Made by a program: the position numbers and the translations under genes. Source: Phoronis australis (lineage: Eukaryota > Animalia > Phoronida). From it: a stretch of 45,438 nucleotides of DNA. The DNA lies in contig NMRA01001093.1 of the NCBI GenBank assembly GCA_002633005.1, positions 11,981 through 57,418 on the forward strand, read 5' to 3'. Of the stretch, positions 34,781 through 45,438 are shown in pieces; the first letter of the stretch is position 1; each line of letters begins with the position of its first letter. The notes beneath the pieces are model-generated. The model saw only the letters and a list, made by a program, of their open reading frames with translations, was not told where the DNA came from and searched no databases.

Positions 34781-35976
34781 GGCTCCTCATAAAGGAGGCT
34801 ATACATATACGGTAGAACCATCTCAATAGGAACATTGGTTTGGGCTCCCAACTGTTTCGATTTCTGGTCTCATCTCACAATGCATTTGACATGTACCTGT
34901 ACACTTTGTTTTCCACTTGTGTCGCCTGTTTGAGTAAACTGGAACCCAATCATCGTGGTTTTTGATAAATTATGTAATTAACAAACATTACCCAAATCCA
35001 ACTGATGACAAATGCGAATACAACTTTGTGTTTATGAGTATCATTGTTTTTCTCAACGTCTGCAGTGTACCAATTTGAGGCAATGCAAGTGATAGATTTT
35101 TTACACATTCAATAAAATGAACTGAAACAATAATAATATAATATAATGTAATATAATATAATATAATAAATTACTTTACTTTACAAAAGGTTCAAAAGAC
35201 TCTGAATTTTGACAGATTTGGGCATAAGACACGTCACTTTCAAATGTTGACGGACCATTGTATCCTAACCCGACACAGACACATGGGCATGAGCAGCCCA
35301 GTGTGGGTCCCCAATGTGGCACTGACGTTGACACCCCTAAACCACTGATAGACGTCAGAGTAATTAAGATGTCTATGCTCTAAAAAACCCAGTGAGTCTT
35401 CTCCAGCTTAATTTTATAGACAATCTACTAGATGGCACTGTTGCATGCCTACAACATATAGTGCATGGCAACAAATGTCCGTTTTCGAGAGGTAGGCAGA
35501 CTTGAAAAATTACTTCACGAAGAACCATAACAGGCCTCTCGTGCTTTTAGGTCAGGAGTTTTGTGCAATGGGTACAACCATGAGGCCTGGGCATGTCTGA
35601 TGCACTGTTCTTTGCAATAAAAACTTTGATCGATGAAGAAAATTATTTTCTTAATTGCCATTCAGTGTAAGTGGTGCACAACCGCGCAGACTTATATATA
35701 ACGAGCGACAAACTTGGCGGAAAAGATTTCCAAGGTTACATGTCCATGCGCGCGTCCGAATTTTTGAGAATGTGGACATTTTACCAAGATTTACGGGGTA
35801 CATTCAGTGCTATGAATTGTGAATTCGCCGAATTTTGGTAATTCCTACCTTTTAGTGGACTTTGTCTCGATCGTTTCCTCCATTTCAGTTCGGAGTTTTT
35901 GTTTCTCTGACGCGGGTCGACCTGTTTGCCCACTTTGCCAAATGAACTGAAGGGGTCTCATTCGAGCACCCCGAGC

Positions 35977-36129
35977 CAGGGGCGGATCCAGGATTTTGAG
36001 TTAGGTGGGGCCAGGGCAGAGTATTGGCCAAGATTTGGCCATTTCAGACATTCTTACTTCCGAATTGCCAGATGGAATCCGGGAAAATGTTATGGAGGCC
36101 ATGGCCCCCTCTACTGAAATCCGCCACTG
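35977..36129. mobile_element. Short hAT-type MITE, 5-bp TSD CGAGC; related copy at about 36339-36449
   Basis: cgagc|caggggcggat ... atccgccactg|cgagc. Confidence 0.7.
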
Positions 36130-36613
36130 CGAGCCCCCTCCCCTTGGGTGCGAGCAAGATGACACTACCACCCAAGGTTCGCTACGACGAAGCCATTAGC
36201 TCCTCTGCTCCTCCGAAGGTTCACCGTTACACCGAACGGTATATTCTGTTGTCTCCTACCGGATAGAAGTTACACCCCGTAATGAGACTCACGAATTCGA
36301 ACTCCAGCCAAGAGACCCGCTTTTATATGCAATTCTGAAGGGGCGGATCCAGGATTTTGAGTTGAGGGGGGCAGGGCAGAGTATTAGCTAGGATTTTCCC
36401 GTCAGACATTCGCACCCCCCCCCCCCCCAAGGCTCTAAATCTGCCACTATTTTGCGCTGAGAATGCTACAAATACGCTAGTTTAGGGGTCTAAAGTTTAC
36501 GACGAAAACCAATAAAAATGTAAAATGAAATTTGTGTCATCGGAAGTGTTAGGAAAAAGGCATTTACTAACCATGTTTTCTCAGTCACGCAATGAGAAAA
36601 CACGCGTACCAAC

Positions 36614-39600
36614 CAGGGGCGGATCTACGTTTTCAGTAAGGGGGGGGTTTAGGATTCCTGCAAAGGTCGAATCCGAGGCACGTGGCGCCGAGAGGGGGGA
36701 GGTCGGGAGGGGAGTTTCCCTCCTCCGTGTAAGACCATTTTTTTGTTTTTGTAGCCAAATAGTGAAATTTCCATGCATCCTGGTAAGTTTCTGGCACTAA
36801 TAACATGTCTCTTGAGTTTTTCTTAAGATAATTTAAAACCCTTCTCGATTTCGTCGCATAAACGTGGCTCACAAGTTTCGTGAAATCATATTTGTGCACA
36901 TCTGGGTATGAATTACGCCACCAGCAAAAATTTTTGTTGGAACATCTGCTTATACACACCTTTTTAGCATACGAAAAGTCGTATATGAAAAAGTGTGGTG
37001 TGTGTGGGGGGTTAGACAACTACCAAATATTCAAGAGCATAAGGAGCACCCGACGGGGAGTAAAACATTGAATAACAGATGATCGCGTAACAGCAGCCTC
37101 AAGTTGTTTAAGAACGAAGACCTGTACTGTTAGTCTGGAAATAAACATGTGTTCTGTTTAATTATGAGAAAAACTGGCAAACGATGGTGCTCTCAGCTCA
37201 TAGTATATTATTAAAAGCGACAATAAANNNNNGACAGTCTTCTCTTGTGTGTAAATCAGTTTCAATGGTGCACATTCTCGCAGATTAGTCATACGAGCAA
37301 CAATCTTGATGAAAAAGATTTCCAAGGTTACATGTCCGAAGGTTCACTACCCCGAAGGTTCGCTACCTTCGAAAGTTCTCTACTTTGAATGTCCAAAATT
37401 CCGATACCAGAACTCCGACAGTTCATTACTCTGATTTTCTACTAATCATTCAGAACCGACATGAATAAAGTATTGTATTTGTGTCAATTAAGTAACCACT
37501 TAAAGGGTGTGCAAGAGTTCAATAGTCCCAGAAATTGATTTACATTGTTAACAAAAGAGCTCAGTTCCAATCACTGGCAATCGTGAGTCTTGAATTCAAC
37601 CAAAGACTCCTTCTCAAGTAGGGACAACATCTGGGGCACTGGTTCGGGATGCGGCGACCAACAGCGGTTTTAAGTTTAAGAAGAATGAATGGGACTTCGT
37701 GAAGACCGCCAGGGAGAGGGTAGCGTACTAACTACATTTAGTTTCGATCCGGCCGTACGATTAGTCCGGTGGGTGAGGTTGAAGCGCAGTGGCCCTAAAC
37801 TTTTATGTCGCGCTGTGAGATGATGCGATCTTGACATGGGATTGATGAATGTATCGTTGTTGATAATTCACCAACATTCCTGCTTCATATTCTTTTAGAA
37901 ATGCAAGTTCGTACTCATTTTTCCGTATTAGTAAGACATGCAGACAATTTCACATGCACATGAAATCCAAACAAAGTGACTTGGCCTCTCTAGACACTTT
38001 ATAATGCCCAGTGGTTGCTCATACATGTATTTTATACATCTGGTCGTCAACTGCTGCGAGAGGTTGTCTAGGAAGGGTTTTCGCACCGCTCTGTAGTACT
38101 CACTGGAAGAAACAAGTATTGAGAACAAATTTAACTACGCACTACGTGAAATCACTTTTGGATATGAAGCAGATAGAGCCAAGTGGAAATACAAACCAGA
38201 ATCAGTTTTTGTGCGCTCGTAGACCCTCTGCTGTATTGGGTAAATTTGACATGACCAAAAATAATTTCTATTTCGTTTTCATTGTACACAAGTATAAAAA
38301 CTGACATTATGTACAAACTGTGTAGAATCATAACTTATTACGTAGGTATTTCTCCAGGAACGTTAGTCCTATCCTGCTGTTGTCTGGACTGCCGAGGAAT
38401 CTGTATATCGGATCCAATGGTTTGCTGCTCTTGGAACCATTCTACCCAGACATCTTCGACGTTTGTTCCCAACGCTTGCACTTCGTCAACTGCTGTGTCA
38501 ATGAGCTTGTACGCCTCTACAATGTCAGCATCTCGTTTCGCAGCTCAGTTGGCACTAAGCCCCCTGAGGTTACCAAGTCCATTCAAAAGACTTACAGCAT
38601 GCGCAACTAAATTTGATCCGTTCATCATGGACTACTTCAAACCTTGACGATGTATCCCAGGACCCATTTGCATCTCTTGCAATTTTCGAAATAAACGTCC
38701 CAGTGTCTGAACGCTTGAAACCCGAAGTACAAACATCAAATAAATGCCCATGAGCATGGGCGTTTCGTCGGTTGGGCCTTTCTGCGGAAATTCCCAGTAT
38801 AGAAAACGGCAGTGGTGCTTATTGCAGGTAGAAAGACGGTAGGTGTTGAGGTCGGCACTAGGGCTCCTTAGGAGGCCCATTGAACATCGCACGAGTCCCG
38901 CAAGACTTTGTTGTGAAAATACAGGCTCCCCGCAATTTCTGGTACTGTAAACTGTTCGCGAATGCGGTCACTTTGTCAATGTGAGTGCCCCCTTGGTCAT
39001 TCCTTGTATAGACAAAACTTGTTAGAGTGCATCTTCAAACAGACTCGCGACCAGACCACGGCGCCCGCCACAATAGCAATTCTTCGGAAAACAAGTTTTT
39101 TTCAAAAGTATTACATGTACATGTACACCGTATGATATTGCGCAAGACAACTTTACTGTACACCACTCAAATTCGAGTTTCAAACGTGTGGGGTGTAATA
39201 CGATGACACGGCATGACAGATGAGGTAAAAACGTTGCACGTCAATTCGCCTGAATATCAGGGTTGGGGCACCACAGTATTTCCCTAATCAAATCAAAACA
39301 TATCTTAGAGTAAAGAAGCTAGTTATCTAAAGAAATCAGCTATAGAGCTGCTCTTTCAGCGGTGGATCCATCTAAAATGCTTGGCTACTTCAGAAGTGTC
39401 GTCGGAAGCGCGCGCACAATTGATCTCCGGGGTTTTGTCGATGAGCCACGAAGACTCGAAACGCGTTGATTTTCATAACAGCAATTCACAATGCAAAAAA
39501 TATATTTTCAGAGTGAACCCCCCCCCCCTCATTTTTTCCAGGTTGGTTTACTTGGGGTTTACACACGCTGGCGGTGCCGGCGTTTTTGTTTTGCTGGAGA

Positions 39601-39694
39601 CGTTTTTGTTTTGTTTTTTGTTTTTTTAATTTTTGGGTCCTGGCCCGAGGGGGGGGTTTAAACCCCCTGAACCCCCCCCGTAGATCCGCCTCTG
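36614..39694. mobile_element. hAT-type DNA element, copy B, with decayed transposase
   Basis: Same TIRs and subterminal arms as copy A; small N gap at 37228-37232; internal transposase remnant. Confidence 0.75.
38341..38598 (-). pseudogene. hAT (Tip100/PRKRIR-THAP12-like) transposase fragment
   Basis: LGNLRGLSAN*AAKRDADIVEAYKLIDTAVDEVQALGTNVEDVWVEWFQ...QIPRQSRQQQDRTNVPGEIP matches the hAT segment GLS..LQ...DI..AY..I...PR...RQ..R.N.P; in-frame TGA at 38545-38547. Confidence 0.7.
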
Positions 39695-41906
39695 TTTCGT
39701 ACTGGTCTCGATAAAGCCAAGCTGTTTCCTCTCATCTTCATGATCGGTAAAACCAGGGACATTACACCAAACCACAACACTATACAGTGACGTACACCCA
39801 GCGTAAGATCTGATGAGATCATCACTTACTGTAGCCTTCTTTCTAACCGATTAATGAAACATCTCTCGGCTCAGTGAGCGCGAACGAACCCTTGGTAATG
39901 AGGATACTGATCGATTAAAACGGTGAAACCTAAGAGGTGTGACATTATCCCTTAAGACTTCTTATTTTTCTCTGTTGCAAAAGCGAGAGTCAGTGGAGCA
40001 ATAGAGAGTCGGCAAATGGGAGTCCGTTGTCTCCAATATTTTCAAAGCCATAGCCGGAAATGTTGGTTATAAGTTTTAGAGCTCGGCGACTCACACTATA
40101 ATCCGGATGATAGGACTGCGAGATTTATACACATTTCGTACTCGCCGTACGGTTGATATTTTTTTGCCAGTGTGCATGCATTGTACAAGCAGTTGCTATA
40201 ACCAAAATGTATTTATCTTCTTTGCAGAAACCAAGGCAATATCTCACCCGCTCATTCCTAAGCGACAACAATTTTTGTACTTAAATGGCGCTCTTTACTT
40301 ACTTGCGGTATTGTTCCCGAGGCTGACATGTCAGAGTTACGTATTCAAACATTGCATTGGAAGCAAAAACGAGCTGCAATTCACTCTAGCATGAAGCAAT
40401 CAATCTACCATCTTATGGACTGAAAAGAATGTGTAATGTTTTATTTTATTCTTTCTTATGACGACCAATCAAGCANACCCCCCCCGTAGATCCGCCTCTG
40501 ACATATAATCTGAAAATAAATTTGACTGACTAAGTGTGGAAAAGAATGCATAACTGTCATATCATGTTTTCCGTAATTAAGGTGTAATCATCATGTACTA
40601 CAAAACATTAATATTGGGCACCGGAAAAGTTGTATGGTAGAATGGCGTTTTTGCACTTTAAAGTTGAGTTTCGCCCTGCTAGAAATGTGGAATTAGGCCG
40701 TTGTAATCTCATAGCGGGTCTTATAATGCTTCCGGCTTACCGTGGTGGGTTCGGTATATTTTCGGACCAACGTCGAAACCATCAGCGACTCCGTGAAAGC
40801 CGCAGTTTGAGTTAACCAATACAAAATTGGGGATTCGACGCAGCAAGTACGCGGCATTGCCTGTGACTTGAATTTACATCTCATTATCGACAACAGTACA
40901 AGATCGGATTAGCGTCGAGCCCTAAAGCGCTTAGGTTAAGAAATCAACAATATAAAATCATGCGCATTCATCATGATGGATTTTAATCAAAATTCGTCAT
41001 CATCCATGCAGTCAATCCTATCCTAGCTGAATTCGATCACCATAAACAATAAATTATTCTTCGATCGTTAAAAAGTAACATTTGTTTCGGATTTACCAAC
41101 ACCTCGAACAAAAAATCCCCCCCGGCGGACAGGTTGAGATCATTGAGTACTGAGCCGTAGAAAACCGGCACGAACTGAAGCCTTAAGGGACCTTCAGTGT
41201 ATCATAACTTCTTGGGTCGTTAGCTGCATTATAATGCCATTGAAAACTCAGGTCAATTGTCCTGCATTACTGACAAACAGCCTTCCCAGTTTTTTGCTTC
41301 GTCTTTTTTAATTTCATTTGTTGTCACGGTGGTTAACGACCCCGCTACTGCTCCGGCCACATTTCATCGAAATGGATATTCAAATCTCAGTTTATAATCT
41401 CCATAAATTGTCAAGGTATGTTTTCAATTGTTTGCATGACAGTTTTCTTTTATGTTGTAATAATGGATTATGATAGACTATGGAAAGGATTTCCACCTAT
41501 TCGTGTGTTTCTACCTAGCTGAGTGTTGAAAATAAGGTATTGTTTAAAATTATCGTCAATGGTCGTGAACAATGAGATAAATTATAGATATAGCTCATTG
41601 GTTGTGTAAATATCCAGTCCCAAGTGTATCTGCCTTCTGGTGGTTACTGGGCAACACGTACTTGGTGTCTACAATTGGCACGTTCATCAATAAAAAATGA
41701 ATGCTGATTGGAACCTATACCTCTTTTCATATAGCATTTTACTTTAGAGCCTGGCTTTTAAGGTGTGGAGAATCTGTAGCTAGTTGTTGTTCAATGTCCC
41801 GAGTGCTGCCATCCTTATTTTTGGGTGGCCTGTACATGAAGCTGGTCTGATCGGTGGCGAAGTTCATAACCAACCAAAACTGAGATGCACATTTATTTCA
41901 GGACTT

Positions 41907-42118
41907 GGGTAGAATTCACTACTTGCACACTTCGTTCGCACTGCAAAAATGATTGTTGTGCATTGTTGTTTAGGGCACAATGCCTGGTTTTAGCATCAAT
42001 TTTAACAATGCAAACCTGAAAGTGTGCTTGTTCCAAACATGCAGAACCATTGTAGTTTGGACACAACACCTGGTTTTCAAGTATAATGGTGAATTCGTGC
42101 AAGTAGTGAATTGTGCCT
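41907..42118. mobile_element. MITE-like element
   Basis: 16-bp inverted repeat aattcactacttgcac (41913-41928) / gtgcaagtagtgaatt (42097-42112). Confidence 0.55.
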
Positions 42119-42249
42119 ATCTATTAAAAGAGGATTTAAAAACAATAGTATTTATACCTGGAAAACCTCTAGTCTAAATAATTGCATGAAATGATGGTAA
42201 TGGTGACATTTTGAACAATTTCCTGGGCAAGGGGTCAAATGCCCGGCAG

Positions 42250-42616
42250 CACGAAACAGTGCCAAATAGGGACTCAACTAAGTTCCCTAAATTCTTTGAG
42301 TTTTTCAGTCGTTCTTTAGTTGAAGATGTAATATATTTCATCATTCTAATATCATAACTAAAAAAGAGCCCTTAGTGAAATGAAAATAAGTAGGCACTTA
42401 AATTTGAAAAGCTGCATCAAAAGATCCCTACTACTATTGAGAATTCAACGAAGAGTTCACAATCAATTTGTATCAAAGTCAGAAAATTACTCAATTTAGC
42501 AATGAAACTAAAACAACACAAGAAAAACTACTGAGTGTTTGCACAAGTCCAAAGATGGGCAGTAAACTAAGGGAACTTAGTGGAGTCCCTATTTGGGACT
42601 GTTTCACACAACCGTG
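42250..42616. mobile_element. MITE-like element with inverted repeats of about 38 bp
   Basis: gaaacagtgccaaatagggactcaactaagttccct / agggaacttagtggagtccctatttgggactgtttc. Confidence 0.7.
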
Positions 42617-42727
42617 CACTAGGACCCCTATCACCAAATATGTTCGCTAAACATGGGTACAGAGCAACACATTTTACACCTTATGCCCACAAAACATTAT
42701 ACTCTTTGTAACTGGATATGTGAAGAG

Positions 42728-42967
42728 TATGCCCGCAATCAGGGGGTCTCGCGGCTCGAATGAGCCACCCCATTAGGCGAAGTGGGCAAAAAGGTCCGCC
42801 TCACAGAAACAAAGTCATACCAGACAAAAGTCCACTAAAAAGGCAGGAACTACCAAAATTCGGGGAATGCACAATTCTTAGCTCAGAGTGTACTCCATTT
42901 TTTAGTGAAAGGTCCACATTCTCAAAAATTCGAACCCCCCAATTTTTTTAGGCTGGGTGCGCCCATG
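42728..42967. mobile_element. MITE of the CATG-GCGCACCC family, 5-bp TSD (AAGAG)
   Basis: aagag|tatgcccgcaatcag ... ctgggtgcgcccatg|aagag; shares gagccccccaatattttaggctgggtgc-like end with 26670-26704. Confidence 0.75.
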
Positions 42968-43329
42968 AAGAGGATCTTAGTACACAGCCTGATTCAAAAA
43001 AAGACAGGTCTCATTTGAAATTACTCTAAATTCTCACTAATTTAGGACACAATGTGGCAAACAAGTGGAACCTGTTTATTTTTTGATTTTCCAATTAAAG
43101 ATGGGTAGCAATAAAGTAATGTTTTAATGTTTGAGATTTGTACCATGGTTACCACCAGACGATATTTTGAAAAATTATGGACCAATCACAACAATGTTAA
43201 AAGCCTTTGAAATAAGAGAAAAATGCCAATTTTGGTATTGTCTGAAACTGGCGAGATTTTACTATTTTACCATACCATGTCCGTACAGTCACAAACTGCC
43301 ATCTTTATATATATCCTATATAAAATAAT

Positions 43330-43543
43330 TGCAGGCGGCCCGATACATGTTGTACCAGACGTGAGCAGGCCGGCTCATTGCACTGATCACTGGGAGTCAT
43401 TTTCATGTTTTATTAATATACAGTTAAAACCGAGCTGAGGGACTAGAAACCTGACTCAAAGGTTTAGCAGTGTGACACAGTGGGACTCAAACCCACGACC
43501 TCCAGTTAAGAAGCCGGCACCTATCACACTAGGTCACACTGCC
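43330..43543 (-). mobile_element. tRNA-derived SINE
   Basis: Minus strand ggcagtgTGACCTAGTGTGataggtgccggc...gtgGGTTTGAGTCCCact...ctttgagtcagg: A and B boxes followed by SINE-like body; 3' limit approximate. Confidence 0.6.
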
Positions 43544-43967
43544 TTCTCTTTATATTGTCAGGAAGAACATTTCTAAAATGAAGTTCAAAACTTCTCATAA
43601 AAGAGTTTGTTTTGTGGACTTGTTTCATGGTACCAACTCTATAAAATTTTGAAACACCCAAAAATTTAAAATTTGCGAGGTAGCACGACTTGACCTCATT
43701 ACCATATATACTGATAATAGAGGCTTTGGATACACCAAGGTCTTAATAAATTGATAAACCTCATTAACTATTCAAATGACTGTGTCATCAGTATTGTTTC
43801 TTACATTGCAGAGTAGTGTTTTGGTTGCAAGAACAATGTAATCTCTTAAAAGCACATTTATTAAAAATAATTTCATGTTCCAAACTGCCACAGCACTGGT
43901 TCACATAAAAACATTCCAATTCACTGTTCTGTGATGTGAAATGCAAATAACGATCTGTCTCGTGCTT

Positions 43968-45140
43968 AATAGCCCAAATCTGGGCTAGGTTATACAAATA
44001 ACATCAGTCACATGTGTATGTATATTGACCCAAATCTGGGCTAGGTCACACATGCGTATGTATATTGGCCCAAATCTGGGCTAGGTTACACATGCGTATG
44101 TATATTAGCCCAAATCTGGGCTAGGTTACACATGCGTATGTATATTAGCCCAAATCTGGGCTAGGTTACACATGCGTATGTATATTAGCCCAAATCTGGG
44201 CTAGGTTACACATGCGTATGTATATTGGCCCAAATCTGGGCTAGGTTACACATGCGTATGTATATTAGCCCAAATCTGGGCTAGGTTACACATGCGTATG
44301 TATATTAGCCCAAATCTGGGCTAGGTTACACATGCGTATGTATATTAGCCCAAATCTGGGCTAGGTTACACATGCGTATGTATATTGGCCCAAATCTGGG
44401 CTAGGTTACACATGCGTATGTATATTGGCCCAAATCTGGGCTAGGTTACACATGCGTATGTATATTGGCCCAAATCTGGGCTAGGTTACACATGCGTATG
44501 TATATTGGCCCAAATCTGGGCTAGGTTACACATGCGTATGTATATTGGCCCAAATCTGGGCTAGGTTACACATGCGTATGTATATTGGCCCAAATCTGGG
44601 CTAGGTTACACATGCGTATGTATATTGGCCCAAATCTGGGCTAGGTTACACATGCGTATGTATATTGGCCCAAATCTGGGCTAGGTTACACATGCGTATG
44701 TATATTGGCCCAAATCTGGGCTAGGTTACACATGCGTATGTATATTGGCCCAAATCTGGGCTAGGTTACACATGCGTATGTATATTGGCCCAAATCTGGG
44801 CTAGGTTACACATGCGTATGTATATTGGCCCAAATCTGGGCTAGGTTACANTATGTATATTGGCCCAAATCTGGGCTAGGTTACACATGCGTATGTATAT
44901 TGGCCCAAATCTGGGCTAGGTTACACATGCGTATGTATATTAGCCCAAATCTGGGCTAGGTTACATAAATAACATCAGTCACATGCGTATGTATATTGAC
45001 CCAAATCTGGGCTAGGTCACACATGCGTATGTATATTAGCCCAAATCTGGGCTAGGTTACACATGCATATGTATATTAGCCCAAATCTGGGCTAGGTTAC
45101 ACATGCGAATGTATATTAGCCCAAATCTGGGCCAGGTTAA
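43968..45140. repeat. 40-bp satellite, about 28 near-identical copies
   Basis: Unit gcccaaatctgggctaggttacacatgcgtatgtatatt(a/g), head-to-tail with no spacers. Confidence 0.98.
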
Positions 45141-45389
45141 ACAAAACCAGTTGAGCACTTATCCGATGAGTAGATTTGACCGTTGCTTGAAATCAAATCT
45201 TACTATTTAACTATAATGGAAATGTGACGAGGGATAGTGCAACGTCACTGCTGCTGTCCAGCGCATACATGTAACTTTTGTGCAACCCAGCCCTGATGGG
45301 TAACCTTCTGATGTAGTCAGAGTCGGCCATGTAATACAGCGCTGGGCTCTAAAGCAATGCTCCCGACATGAGTTCCTGACACACATGGA

Positions 45390-45437
45390 TCACACTCCGA
45401 ATAACTCCAGATCATCGTCTTCAATCTCATCATCCTC
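45390..45437 (-). CDS. Possible C-terminal coding end of a neighbouring gene (EDDEIEDDDLELFGV*)
   Basis: Acidic, protein-like peptide ending in TGA at 45390-45392; truncated by the window edge and too short to assign. Confidence 0.4.
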   Translation of the reverse strand, partial: EDDEIEDDDLELFGV

Positions 45438-45438
45438 G

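Noticed and set aside
41739-41879. Possible minus-strand terminal exon FWLVMNFATDQTSFMYRPPKNKDG...ALK*
   Set aside because: Only 46 codons, weak polypyrimidine tract, no recognisable homology or partner exon.
43968-45140. CRISPR-like array
   Set aside because: Units are head-to-tail with no unique spacers, there are no cas genes, and the context is eukaryotic.

Overview
Eukaryotic (probably invertebrate animal) genomic DNA with two large assembly gaps. The main feature is one long, intron-rich minus-strand gene. Nine coding exons can be joined by hand with consistent GT-AG sites and phases (27539-27411, 20701-20416, 17892-17624, 14612-14366, 10039-8595, 8109-8001, 7053-4168, 3476-3369, 1267-824; about 1,974 aa, 3' end unresolved). 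The product is a signal-peptide-bearing Bark beetle/Anakonda-like extracellular protein: three repeats of a G8-like/beta-helix/CUB-like module, an SRCR domain in the middle repeat only, then a MAM-like domain carrying an inserted RRKR loop. Introns and flanks are dense with repeats: Helentron/HINE-like elements, a pogo/Tc1-type MITE, hAT-type elements (one with a decayed transposase, several MITEs with 5-bp TSDs), a solo-LTR-like element, LINE and SINE remnants, minisatellites and a 40-bp satellite. A short acidic C-terminal coding fragment of a neighbouring gene may enter at the right edge. I see no CRISPR array, rRNA or prokaryotic system, and no clearly new multi-gene system. The most interesting item is the domain architecture of the large gene. 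All family assignments are from motif recognition by eye, not database searches.
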